Origin: an uncultured bacterium
GTDB taxonomy: Bacteria; Acidobacteriota; Thermoanaerobaculia; Multivoradales; JAHZIX01
Direction of reading: 5' to 3'
DNA length: 64,000 nt
Assembly (NCBI GenBank): GCA_965368975.1
Contig: CBDUPA010000002.1
Span: 1-64,000, forward strand
The translations under genes were made by a program, and so were the position numbers. Positions 51,669 through 61,700 of the stretch are shown one piece after another. Under the pieces are notes generated by a model. It saw only the letters and a list, made by a program, of their open reading frames with translations. It searched no databases and was not told the DNA's origin. Numbering within the stretch: the stretch's first letter is position 1; the number at the start of each line of letters is the position of its first letter.

Positions 51669-52039
51669 TCCGCGCCCTCGGGCGCTTCAGCGTCTTCCGC
51701 CACCGGTAGCGGCACTCGATCCGCGAAGCCGCGCGCGAAGTCGCGCATCTCCTCCGCCATCGCCTCATTGCCGGTAGCACGCTGGTAGGTGTCCGCCATG
51801 GACAACAACGTCTGGAAAAACATGGCGTTCATGTGCGGCACCTGCATCGCCTTGGTCCACAGATCGATGCGTAGCGTCGCTCGCTCCTCGGCGTCCCAGA
51901 AGCCGAGCAGGAAAGCTTCAGCGTTCTGCGGTTCCGGCGTTGGGGCGTCGTTGGCCTGCCAGCGAATGGTGTCGGGGATATTGCGCTCGTCGAGCTCGAC
52001 GGTGATGCGGATGTCACGGGTGCGAGTGTTGTCAGCCAT
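51650..52039 (-). CDS. gldC: GldC-like protein
   Basis: IRITVELDERNIPDTIRWQA, AFLLGFWD, TLRIDLWTK, FFQTLLSMADTYQRAT, MRDFA match Bacteroidota GldC. Confidence 0.8.
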   Translation of the reverse strand: MADNTRTRDIRITVELDERNIPDTIRWQANDAPTPEPQNAEAFLLGFWDAEERATLRIDLWTKAMQVPHMNAMFFQTLLSMADTYQRATGNEAMAEEMRDFARGFADRVPLPVAEDAEAPEGADQPSDA

Positions 52040-52101
52040 GTGCCCGATGCTAGCAGCTCGGACACCTCTCGGAACCCTCCCCACAGCGACCGTTGCGCTC
52101 T

Positions 52102-54156
52102 TCAGACCTCCGCTTCGACGCGTACCGTACACACCTTCAACTCCGCCGTGTGCGTCGTCGGGTCATAGCCCGAACCGGTCAGCTCGTTGATCGGCGTGTC
52201 ATTGAAGCTGAAGGAAGCGAAGACCGTGCCGCGCGGTGAGCGCTCTGTGGCCTTGACCTTGATGCGCACCGAGCCACGACGGCTCGACATGCGTGCCCAG
52301 CCGCCATCGCTAAGTCCCCAGGCCTTGACGTTGTCGGGATGCACCTCCAGCACCTCTTCCGGCAGCAGGTAGTCGATCCCCGCCGAGCGCCCCGTCTGCG
52401 TGCGCGTGTGGTACGACTCCAGGCGCCGGCCGGTGGTCAGCCAGACGGGGAAGTCGTCGTCCACGACCTCGGCCGGATCCCGGTAGCTCACCACCTTCAG
52501 CTTGCCACGGCCATTGATGAAGCCGTCCTCGTGCAGGCGAGGCGTGCCGGGATGCCCCTTGTGCGGAATCGGCCACTGGTATTGGCCCGTCTCGGCCAGG
52601 TCCCAATCGATGCCGGCGTAGGTCGGCGAGACACTGCACAGCTCGTTGAACACCTCCTTGGCCGAGGTGTAGTCGAAGCCCGGAACGCCGAGCCGCTGCG
52701 CCAGCTGACTCAAGATCCACCAATCCGGCTGCGCCTCGCCCGGCGGCTCGACCGCCTTGCGCACGCGCTGGATACGACGCTCGGTGTTGGTGAAGTTGCC
52801 GTCGGTCTCGCCCCAACCCGTGGCCGGCAGCACGACGTCGGCCAGCTCGGCCGTCTCGGTGAGAAAGATGTCGATCACCACCAGGTGGTCGAGACTGCGC
52901 AGCGCCTTCTCGCCGTGGTGGCGATCCGGGTCGGACACCAGCGTGTTCTCACCGTCGATCAACATGGCGCGGATCTGGTCGCCAGCCTGCTCCAGCGCCG
53001 TCACCTTGGTGATGCCGCGCTCGCAGTCGATGTCGCGACCGTAGAGCTGCTGGAACTTCTCCTGGAACTCCGGCTGGTCGACCGGCTGGAAGCCCGCGTA
53101 GTTGTTGGGCAGAGCGCCACTGTCACCGGCACCTTGGATGTTGTTCTGCCCGCGCATCGGATTGATACCGGTACCCTCACGGCCGATGTGGCCAGTGATC
53201 AGCGCCAGGTTGCACAGGCTCTGCACGTTGTCGACGCCGCAAATGTGCTCGGTGATCCCCAACGTGTAGTAGATGGCACCCTTGTCCGCACCGCCATAGA
53301 GCCGAGCAGCGCGTTCGATGTCGGCCGCTGGCACGCCGGTGATCGGCTCGGCCCACGACGGCGGGAACTGCTTCACGTGCTCCAGGAAGTCCGCGGCACC
53401 CTCGGTGCGCTCAGCCAGGAAGGCACTGTTGACCAAGCCGTCGCGCGCGATCACGTGCGCCATGGCCAGCAACAACGCGACGTCGGTGCCGACGCGCAGC
53501 GGCAGGTAGATGTCCGCCATCTCGGCGAGCCGGATACGCCGCGGGTCCGCACAGATCATCTTGGCACCACGCGCCAGCGCCTTCTTCAGCCGCGTCGCCG
53601 CGACCGGATGGCACTCGGTCATGTTGGTGCCGATGCAGAAGATTACATCCGGCTTCTCCATGTCGGCCAGAGGGTTCGACATGGCGCCCCGCCCAATCGT
53701 GGCCGCCAGACCGGCGACCGTCGGAGCGTGTCAAGCACGGCTGCAGTTGTCTATGTAGTGCGTCCCGAAGCTCGCGCGGATGAACTTGCCCACCAGGTAA
53801 CAGGCTTCAGACGGCGTGCGCCCTGAAGCCACACCGTAAACACTGTGCCGACCATGCTCGTCGACCGCGCGACGAAAGCCGGCGGCGGCGGCATCCAGCG
53901 CCTCGTCCCAGCTGGCCCGTTGCAACTCACCGGCAGCGTTGCGCACCAGCGGGTGCGTCAGACGGTCCGGGTGGTGCACGTAGTCGTAAGCGAACTGCCC
54001 CTTGACGCACAGCGCGCCCTCGTTGGCCGGGCCGTCCATCGCCGGCTGGATCCCGATGATGCGGCCTTCGCGGGTCAGGATATCAACAGCGCAGCCGACG
54101 CCACAGTAGCCGCACACGGAGCGGGTCTTCTCGAAGGTGCGATGGGTCGCGGTCAT
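52102..54156 (-). CDS. fdhF: Formate dehydrogenase alpha subunit, selenocysteine-containing (Sec142), 684 aa
   Basis: CGYCGVGC..C Fe-S motif; IDNCSRA-TGA-HAPTVAGL reads in frame into the 526-aa ORF; RGQNNIQGAGD; LTTGRR; SD AAGGAG. Confidence 0.92.
53701..53719 (-). promoter_or_regulatory. Bacterial SECIS element
   Basis: GGUCGCC-GGUCU-GGCGGCC hairpin beginning 11 nt after UGA, same geometry as the E. coli fdhF SECIS. Confidence 0.85.
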
Positions 54157-54241
54157 ATCTGTCTCCTTGGCTGTCGCGTCTCAAGCTTGTCTGGGTAGCC
54201 GGGCTTGGGTCTCGTGTCCTGCCCCGGTCTCGGTCTCGGGC

Positions 54242-54919
54242 CTATTCTGCGGCAGGCTGTTCGGTGTCAGCAAAACGAATCGCCTTGCGATCCGCCAGCG
54301 CCCCCGTCGGGCAGGTCTGTACGCACTGGCCGCAGAAGGTACACGCGGAGTCTTGCAACTGGCCGCCGAACTCGGTGGTGATCTGGGTGTGGAAGCCTCG
54401 GTTGGCGACGCTGATCGCGTAATCTCCTTCCTGCTCGGCACACACGCGCACGCAGCGGTAGCAGGAGATGCACAGATCGTAGTCGCGCAGCAGGAACGGA
54501 TTCGGATCGTCGTGACTGGTGCCGCTCTGCGCACCGACGAAGCGGCCCGTACGCGCGTCATAGCGGTCGACCAGCTCGGTCAACTCCTGCGACGCGTAGC
54601 CGCGCAGCGGATCGACGTCCAGCTCGCGATTCTCCGACGCCACCAGCTCCAGCAGCGTCTTGCGATGCTTCTCGACCCGCGCCGACGCGGTCGTCACCTG
54701 CATGCCGTCGGCCGCCTTGGCCGTGCAACTGGCCACCGGATTCTTGACGCCCTCGATCTCGACCACGCACAGCCGGCAGGCACCGAGCGGCTCCAGCCGC
54801 GGGTCGTAGCACAGCGTCGGGATCTGCTTGCTGGCGCGCGACGCCACCTCGTAGATCGTCTCGCCCTCGGTGAAGGCGACTTCCTCGCCGTCTAGCACCA
54901 TGGTCTTGTTCTCCGCCAT
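54242..54919 (-). CDS. Fe-S subunit (2Fe-2S plus 2x4Fe-4S; NuoG-N/HoxU-like) of NAD-linked FDH
   Basis: IPTLC, GACRLCVVE, VASC, CISCYRCVRVC, CTFCGQCVQTCP; ATG 54919 overlaps the upstream TGA. Confidence 0.88.
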   Translation of the reverse strand: MAENKTMVLDGEEVAFTEGETIYEVASRASKQIPTLCYDPRLEPLGACRLCVVEIEGVKNPVASCTAKAADGMQVTTASARVEKHRKTLLELVASENRELDVDPLRGYASQELTELVDRYDARTGRFVGAQSGTSHDDPNPFLLRDYDLCISCYRCVRVCAEQEGDYAISVANRGFHTQITTEFGGQLQDSACTFCGQCVQTCPTGALADRKAIRFADTEQPAAE

Positions 54920-56643
54920 CAGCTCTCTCCCTTGCGACCCGTCACGTGCGCCTCGACCTGCTCCGGGAAGTAACGCACCAGGCTCTCGACCACCAGCGGC
55001 GCCGCCATGCCCAGACCGCAGGCACTGACTTCCTTCATCGTCGAGCCGATGTCGCGCGCCTCCTCCAGCCAGCGCTCCAAGTCCGCCGGACTGGAACCAC
55101 TTGGCCACTCTGACCCATTCAGCCGCTCCGTCAAGCGCTGCGTGCCGATGCGGCACGGGAAGCACTTACCGCACGACTCGTGAGCGAAGAATTGCATCGC
55201 CCCGTGCGCCACCTCGACCATGTCGCGGCTGTCGTCGAACACCATGATCCCCGCCGCGCCCAGCATCGAACCGTGCGAGCGGATATTCGGTTCGTCCAGC
55301 GTCGCCGTCTCCAGTGCCTCGCCAGCCAGGAAGCCGCCGGACAGCCCCGCCATCGTCACCGCCTGGATCGTGCGCCCCTCCTCCGGACCACCCGCCCACT
55401 CATGCAGCAGGGTCTTGAGCGGCAATCCAAACGGCACCTCGTAATTGCCCGGCCGCCGCACGTCACCAGAGAGGCTGATCACCTTCGTCCCCGCGTGCTC
55501 GCCCAACCCCAGCCCGCGGTACCACTCGGCTCCACGACGCAGGATCTGCGGCACCGCCGCCAGCGTCTCGACATTGTTGACCGCCGTCGGCAGGTTCTCG
55601 AAACCATGCGTCACCGGATATGGCGGACGGTTGCGCGGGAAGGGATGCTTGCCCTCCAGGCTGTTGAGCAACGACGTCTCCTCACCGCAGATGTACGCCC
55701 CCGCGCCGCGTCGCAGATAGAGGTCGAAGCGGAAGTTCGATCCCAGAATGCCGTCCCCGAGTAGCTTCGCATCGTAGGCCTCGCGGAGCGCTCGCTCCAG
55801 CGTCTCGAGGGTGTGCGGATACTCGTAGCGCAGGTAGAGAAACCCGCGCGTCGCGGCCGTCGCGTAGGCAGCCAGGATCATCCCCTCGATCACCGCGTGC
55901 GGATCATGGTCGAGCAGCGCCCGATCCTTGAAGCACCCCGGCTCGCCCTCGTCCGCGTTGCACACAATCGACTTAGGTCCGCCAGCGGCATCACGTACCG
56001 CCTTCCACTTCACCCCCGTCGGGAACCCCGCGCCACCGCGCCCAGCGAGCTTCGAGTCGGAGATCACGTCGAGTACCTGCTGCGGCGTCTGGTCACGGAC
56101 GGCAGCCGTCAACGCCTCGTAACCGCCAGTGTCCCGGTAGCCGTGCAAGGTATCCCGCTCCGGCATGCGGATGGACGCGAACACGCACTCTTCGAAGCTG
56201 GAGCCTGGAACGCTGGGATTGGTCGGCGGCAGTGGCGTCGGAGCCTCGCGCAGCGTTCCGTCCGGGCTGCCGATCAGGTACTTGTGCCCCGCCAACACCG
56301 GAATCGGCTCGTCGCAGCGTCCCGCGCACGGCATCGGCGTCGCGCCCTGCTTCTCCAGGGCCTTTAGCAACTCCGCACTGCCGCGCTGGCAGCACACCGG
56401 CCCGTCGCACACCCGCGGCGCCGTCTGCGGCTGGGCGGGATCGCGGGCGAAGTGGTGGTAGAACGTCACCGTCCCGTACAGGTCCGCCAGCGGAATCCGC
56501 AACGCCTTCGCCACGTCGCGCAGGGCTTCCTCGGAGAGGTAGCCGTCGCGGTCGTGGAAGGCATGCAGCAACGGCAAGAGCGGCGCCGGCTCGTCGCGCC
56601 AACGGTCGATGAGGGTCTGGTTGGATTCGGTCCCAGACGGCAT
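54919..56643 (-). CDS. NuoE-NuoF-like fusion, NAD(H)/FMN-binding diaphorase subunit
   Basis: LYGTVTFY, CDGPVC, CAGRC; GRGGAGFPTG, CNADEGEPG, GAGAYICGEET, NNVETL, ESCGKCFPCR, CGLG. Confidence 0.9.
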   Translation of the reverse strand: MPSGTESNQTLIDRWRDEPAPLLPLLHAFHDRDGYLSEEALRDVAKALRIPLADLYGTVTFYHHFARDPAQPQTAPRVCDGPVCCQRGSAELLKALEKQGATPMPCAGRCDEPIPVLAGHKYLIGSPDGTLREAPTPLPPTNPSVPGSSFEECVFASIRMPERDTLHGYRDTGGYEALTAAVRDQTPQQVLDVISDSKLAGRGGAGFPTGVKWKAVRDAAGGPKSIVCNADEGEPGCFKDRALLDHDPHAVIEGMILAAYATAATRGFLYLRYEYPHTLETLERALREAYDAKLLGDGILGSNFRFDLYLRRGAGAYICGEETSLLNSLEGKHPFPRNRPPYPVTHGFENLPTAVNNVETLAAVPQILRRGAEWYRGLGLGEHAGTKVISLSGDVRRPGNYEVPFGLPLKTLLHEWAGGPEEGRTIQAVTMAGLSGGFLAGEALETATLDEPNIRSHGSMLGAAGIMVFDDSRDMVEVAHGAMQFFAHESCGKCFPCRIGTQRLTERLNGSEWPSGSSPADLERWLEEARDIGSTMKEVSACGLGMAAPLVVESLVRYFPEQVEAHVTGRKGES

Positions 56644-56711
56644 AGGCTGAAGCTCCTTCGCGAGAAATCAGCCTTGAGTATAGCGGAGATTCTCCACCGA
56701 ACCCGTCTGAG

Positions 56712-57413
56712 CTACCGGACACACCTGTAGGAATTGGAGGTTGAACCGTTAGTCGAACCAACCCACCCCCAGCTTGCGATACCACAGCTTCCACCACCCA
56801 GTACATTGACACCAACTCCATGACGGCCATTGTAGGCGTCTCTTGCTGTATTCGAAGCCCACTCCGGATCGTCGGTCATGTCAGATAGACCGAAAACCAC
56901 AGCGTCCAAGCAGCTGAATTGGTATTCGAAAGCCTCGGGAAGGCGCATTCCGACCTTCAGACATTCCATGCGAGCGAGCGTCCAGCTCAGAGCAGGCCGC
57001 TCATCCCGCTCAATCACCCACCCCAGATCCCCCGGAACACACTGACCGCCCGCCGTACTCTCGGACACCGAATGCACGTCGTACTGCACACCACCGTTCT
57101 TGATGCAGATCTCCGTAAAGGCATTCGGCGGCGTGAAGTCGACGATACGGTTCTCATAGATACCGTTGTTGGCGCTGAAGGAGCCACCGCCCAAGGCTGC
57201 CGAGGTCTGGACGCTTCCGTCCGGGAAACTCACCGAATCGACGCTCAGGTTGCCGTTCACGTCGGTCGGACCGTCGAGCAGGATCGTCGCTGAGCTGATG
57301 GTGACATCTTCCGGCAGGGTGTCGAAGCTGATCTCCGACATGGCGGTCAGCTGAGCGAAGAGTGACGCTGGCAGCAGGGAGAGTACAAGGGCAGCGGACA
57401 TGCAGATTCTCAT
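56712..57413 (-). CDS. Secreted protein with C-type-lectin/FGE-like C-terminal domain
   Basis: SD GGAGG, signal peptide ending LFAQ; FPDGSVQTSA; SWTLARMEC...GMRLPEAFEY, EW, terminal YRCVR. Confidence 0.65.
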   Translation of the reverse strand: MRICMSAALVLSLLPASLFAQLTAMSEISFDTLPEDVTISSATILLDGPTDVNGNLSVDSVSFPDGSVQTSAALGGGSFSANNGIYENRIVDFTPPNAFTEICIKNGGVQYDVHSVSESTAGGQCVPGDLGWVIERDERPALSWTLARMECLKVGMRLPEAFEYQFSCLDAVVFGLSDMTDDPEWASNTARDAYNGRHGVGVNVLGGGSCGIASWGWVGSTNGSTSNSYRCVR

Positions 57414-57537
57414 TGACGAGGGCCTCCTCCAAGTTGGTTCTCGAGTTGTTTGCGAAACATTCACTCAGCAAACGCGAGAAAGCGGCTCCGGAGAGCTCAG
57501 GCCGAACTCCACCTCTAGCTGCTAGGCTCCGCACCTC

Positions 57538-58722
57538 ATGCCGCGCCACGCACATCTGATCCTCTTCACCCTCTGGCTCCTGTTCTTCTGCATGTTCAGC
57601 CAGGCCATGGTGATCTCCCCGATCCTGGCGCTGATCGCACCGGAACTCGAAGTCTCGGTGGCGCACCTCGGGCTGCTGATCACGGCGTACAGCACCACGG
57701 CGGCAGTGGGCTCGCTCATCACCGGCCCGATCTCGGATCGCTTCGGACGGCGCAAGATGTTGCTGACAGGGAGCGCTCTGCTTACGGCGACACTCGCCCT
57801 GCATGGGTTCGCCGGTAGTTTCTCGACCCTGCTCCTGCTGCGAGCTCTCGCAGGCGCCGCGACGGGTCTCGTCAACGCTTCCGCGCTCGCCTTCGTCGCT
57901 GACGCGTTTCCCACTGATCGGCGAGGCTGGGCACATGGATGGGTGATGAACGGGGTGGCCGCGTCGACGCTTCTCGGTATTCCGGGCGGCACGTTGCTGG
58001 CGGAAACCTGGGGTTTCCGTGCGCCCTTTCTCGCCTATGCGATTCTGACCGGGCTCAGTGGTCTCCTGGTGTGGTGGCTGATTCCGCAGATCGACACCGG
58101 CCATCGCGGTCTCTCGATACGCAGCGCCTTGCGCACCTACGCCGACCTGCTACGCCAACCCAGGATCGCGGTTCCCGCCCTGGTCTTCTTCCCCGGCCTC
58201 TGCGGCGTCGCTTTCTTCCGTTCCTACTTCCCAACCTGGCTGCGCGAAGCTCATGCGTTCAGCGGAGCGGAGATCGCGGCGCTGTTCTTCGTCGGTGGCG
58301 TCGGCAATGTACTAGCTGGACCGCATGCCGGCAGGCTGTCGGACCGTATCGGCCGCAAGCCAGTGATCGTGGCGGCCTTCACCGGTGTCGCGGTGTTGTT
58401 CCTGCTCTCACCCCTGGCTACCTCACCGCACTGGCTGTTCTTCGTTCTCTTCTTCGTGCTCCTGGTGTGCTTTGGAGCCCGCTCAGGTCCTTTCCGCACG
58501 CTGCTCACCGAGATGGTGCCCGCGGCGCAGCGTGGGGCCTTGCTCAGCTTGACACTCGCTGTCGGCCAAGTCGGCCTGGCACTCGGCGGCGGCCTTGCCG
58601 GTGAGGTCTACGTGCGCGTCGGCTTCTGGGGCAACGCGATCATGGCTTCAGCCCTGACGTTGGTGGGAATCGCCATGCTGCTGTGGGGCCTGTCCGCACG
58701 TCACTCCTCCCGCGTTACCTGA
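57538..58722 (+). CDS. MFS transporter (DHA1-like)
   Basis: GPISDRFGRRK and GRLSDRIGRK motif A; about 12 TM segments. Confidence 0.9.
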   Translation: MPRHAHLILFTLWLLFFCMFSQAMVISPILALIAPELEVSVAHLGLLITAYSTTAAVGSLITGPISDRFGRRKMLLTGSALLTATLALHGFAGSFSTLLLLRALAGAATGLVNASALAFVADAFPTDRRGWAHGWVMNGVAASTLLGIPGGTLLAETWGFRAPFLAYAILTGLSGLLVWWLIPQIDTGHRGLSIRSALRTYADLLRQPRIAVPALVFFPGLCGVAFFRSYFPTWLREAHAFSGAEIAALFFVGGVGNVLAGPHAGRLSDRIGRKPVIVAAFTGVAVLFLLSPLATSPHWLFFVLFFVLLVCFGARSGPFRTLLTEMVPAAQRGALLSLTLAVGQVGLALGGGLAGEVYVRVGFWGNAIMASALTLVGIAMLLWGLSARHSSRVT

Positions 58723-61700
58723 ATGAGCGCCCCCGCCGACTGACCGCGCACGGCTTCGTCGTACATCATCTCGGCCTTGGCCGGTGGCTGGATGAAGCTG
58801 CCCTGCGTGGTGGCACGGGTTCGGAAGTAGAAGTCGTAGGTACCGGCGGGCAGGGTGTTGTAGTAGTAGGCGACATGGTCGTCGAGGAAGGCGACATAGG
58901 TGGGCTCGAGGGTCAACGAACCGGACGGCGTCGCTTCCGGCGGTGCGGTGGCGAGGGCAGGATTGAGCGGTTCGACGCCAGCCGCCAGCGGGATCACGAC
59001 AGCGACGTAGAAGCGCTCCTCGGGGTTGACGACCTGCACGTGCTCCTCGATCACCTGGCCGACTGTGAAGTCGAGCTTGGTGCCTGGGGTTTCGAGCGAG
59101 AAGCGCTCGGGAGGCACGCCGGCGCCCGAGGAGATGCGTAGCAGCTCGCGGCTGACGACGAAGCCGGAGGACTCAGCACTCGCCTGGCTGCCATCGGCGG
59201 CGGGGACGTAGCTCAGTTCGGCGCGCAGGAGGACGGGGTTCGTCTGGCGCGAGTTGGCATCGACGCCGAGGGTGACCGTCGCGGGGGCGGCGGTGGTCAG
59301 GGTGTGGGTCTGCACCGGGGCTTCCGGCGACAGGCGCAGCGGAATCTCCTGCCCTTCGACCTCCAACGCCACTGTGTGCGTGCCGGCACCGGCGAAAGGA
59401 GGTTCGAGGACTTCGCTCAGGGCGAGCAGGGCGGCGACGTTGGCGTTGGTGCTGCCCCAGCCGTCTCCCTTGCCGAGGGTGACGAGGCCGTTGATCAGGA
59501 CTTGCAGGCGCTCGTCCTCGGCGCGCAGCAGCGAGACGCTACGTACGACCTCGGACAGGGTGCGGCTTTCACTCGGCAGGATCAGACCATTGCGCTGGCT
59601 GCCGGCCTTCTGCAGGCCACCGTAGATCTCGTTGCCCTGGAACAGGCGGATGACGACGCCGTCCCACAGTTCGCCGAGCAGGCGCTCGACGGGTGGCGCG
59701 TCGACTTCTCCGGCGCGGCCGAAGGCGAGGCTGACACCAGCGACGCCTTCGACGCCCAGGAAGTCCGAGCGACGGGCGAGTTCGGCGCCGTAGGAGGCAT
59801 CGAAGCGACCGGCGCGAGCGAGGGCGGCGAGGGAGAAGGTGCGTTCGGCCCAGGCTTCACCGCTGATGAAGCCGCTGTAGTCGGAACGCAGGGCCTGTTC
59901 GAGGGTGCGCAGTAGCTGGTTGTAGAGGCCGGGGTCGACCTCGTAGCCGGCTTCTTTGGCCTCGATCAAGAACTCGACCACCCAGGCGGTGAGGTGGACG
60001 CTGCCGCGACTGCCGGGCCAGTAAGCGCAGCGGCCCTGAGCGTCGATCACCGACGGCAGCCAGTCCAGCGTGTCGTGGACGGCGCGTTGCAGCTCGGCTT
60101 CGCCGGTGGCGGTGTCGCCGCGCTGCTGCAAGACGTCGCGCAGACGCTGGGTGGCCAGGTAGGCACGGGCCCGGCTGACGCGCTGCTCGGTGCAGCCATA
60201 CGGATAGCTGCGCAGGAAGTCGAGCCCGGCGGCCATGCGCACCAGGCCCGGCTGGTCGGAGAGCAGGATGCGACGCTGCAGCGTCCCTGGACGCACCGCT
60301 TCGGACGGTCCCGGCACTTCGGTCGGCTGTGCGACTTCGAGGTCTTGTAGCAGCCGGTCGGTGACGCGCTCGCGGTCGGTACGGATGGGCAGACGCACTT
60401 CGAAGGCATCGCCGGCCCCGTCGCTGTCGCGTGCCACGCCGACGCGGAACAGGGCTTCACCGAGCGTCGCCTGGCTGAAGTCAGCGCCCTCGGGGGTCGG
60501 CACGGTGACGTCGAACTCGACGCGCTGGGGCTGGTTGGGCTCGAACTGGAAGCTCTGGTTGGCGTCACTCTCCAGCGTCACGCCTTCGACGGCGACTTCG
60601 GCGCTACCCGCTCCGCCCTCGCCTTCGACCACGCGGCCGATGGCGGCGGCGGTGAAGCGGTCACCGGGGCGCACGAAGCGTGGCAGGGCCGGCTGGACGA
60701 TCACTGGCAGGCGCACTTCCAGGTGACCGGTGGCGAAGCCGAAGCGGTCGGGACCACTGGTCGCCTTGGCGCGCAGCTTGAAGTTGGTGAGATTGTCCGG
60801 CAGCTGTACGGTAACGGTAGCGCTACCGCTGGCGTCGACCAGGATGCGCGGCTCGTAGTAGGGCACGGGCTGGAAGTTCTTGCGCACGGTGACGCGGTCG
60901 AGGATGCCCTTGGCTTCTTCACCCTCGCCGCCGCCGGGCAGCACGACCAGCGGCAGGTGGCCGAAAGGCATGCCGCGGGTGTCGCGGAACTCGAGGTGCG
61001 TGGAGACGTCGCTGATGAAGTCGGGCAGCGGGTCGAGACGTTGCTCGCGGCCGAGCGCCAGCACGGCCTGGTCGACCAACCACAGAGTGACTTCGCCGGC
61101 ACGCGGTGCGCCGACGGCGTCGCTGAGCTGGACGGTGACCTCGATCGTGTCCCCGGGCTGGGCCTTGGACGGATGATCGAGGTCGACGTCGAGGCGATTC
61201 TCAACCGGCTCGACCTGCAGCCAGGCAGTGGCGGCGACGGTGGCGGGCTTGCCGAGGTCGAGCGCCTGGCCGGGCAGCGGCCGGGCACCAGCGACGCGGC
61301 CACGCATCAGCACTGCGTGGACCGGCATGCGCGGCACCCAGGTACGCAGCACCGGTAGTTCGAGCGTCGCCTGACCGCTGCGCACGGGTAGCCAACGGTA
61401 CTCGTTGCCCTCCGGAGCTTCGATGACGACCAGCGCTTCGCCCTGCTGGTAGGGGCTTTGCAGCACGAGCGTCGCGGTGTCGCCGGGCTCGTACTTGGCT
61501 TTGTCGGTGCTGATCTGGAAGACGTCGGACGCCGCCTTCTGCCAGGTGACCGGCTCGTCACCACCGGCGTAGAGGTCGACGGACACGACCTGCGCGCGGC
61601 CGAGACGGTCGTGACCTTCGATCTCGACGATGTAGACGCCGGCCTCGGTGATCGGCAGCTGGACGGAGACCGGCGCATCTCCGGTGGTCACCGTGACCTC

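Noticed and set aside
53731-53733. FDH pseudogene with premature stop, or two separate genes
   Set aside because: TGA sits at the catalytic Cys/Sec position with a correctly spaced SECIS; better read as selenocysteine
54157-54241. Frameshift or read-through fusing the Fe-S subunit to FDH alpha
   Set aside because: Frames differ, no slippery site is evident, and alpha has its own AAGGAG SD
56712-56870. Active DGR variable region
   Set aside because: No template repeat or RT in the window, and A/T-ending codons do not fit the usual adenine-specific pattern; kept only as a weaker finding
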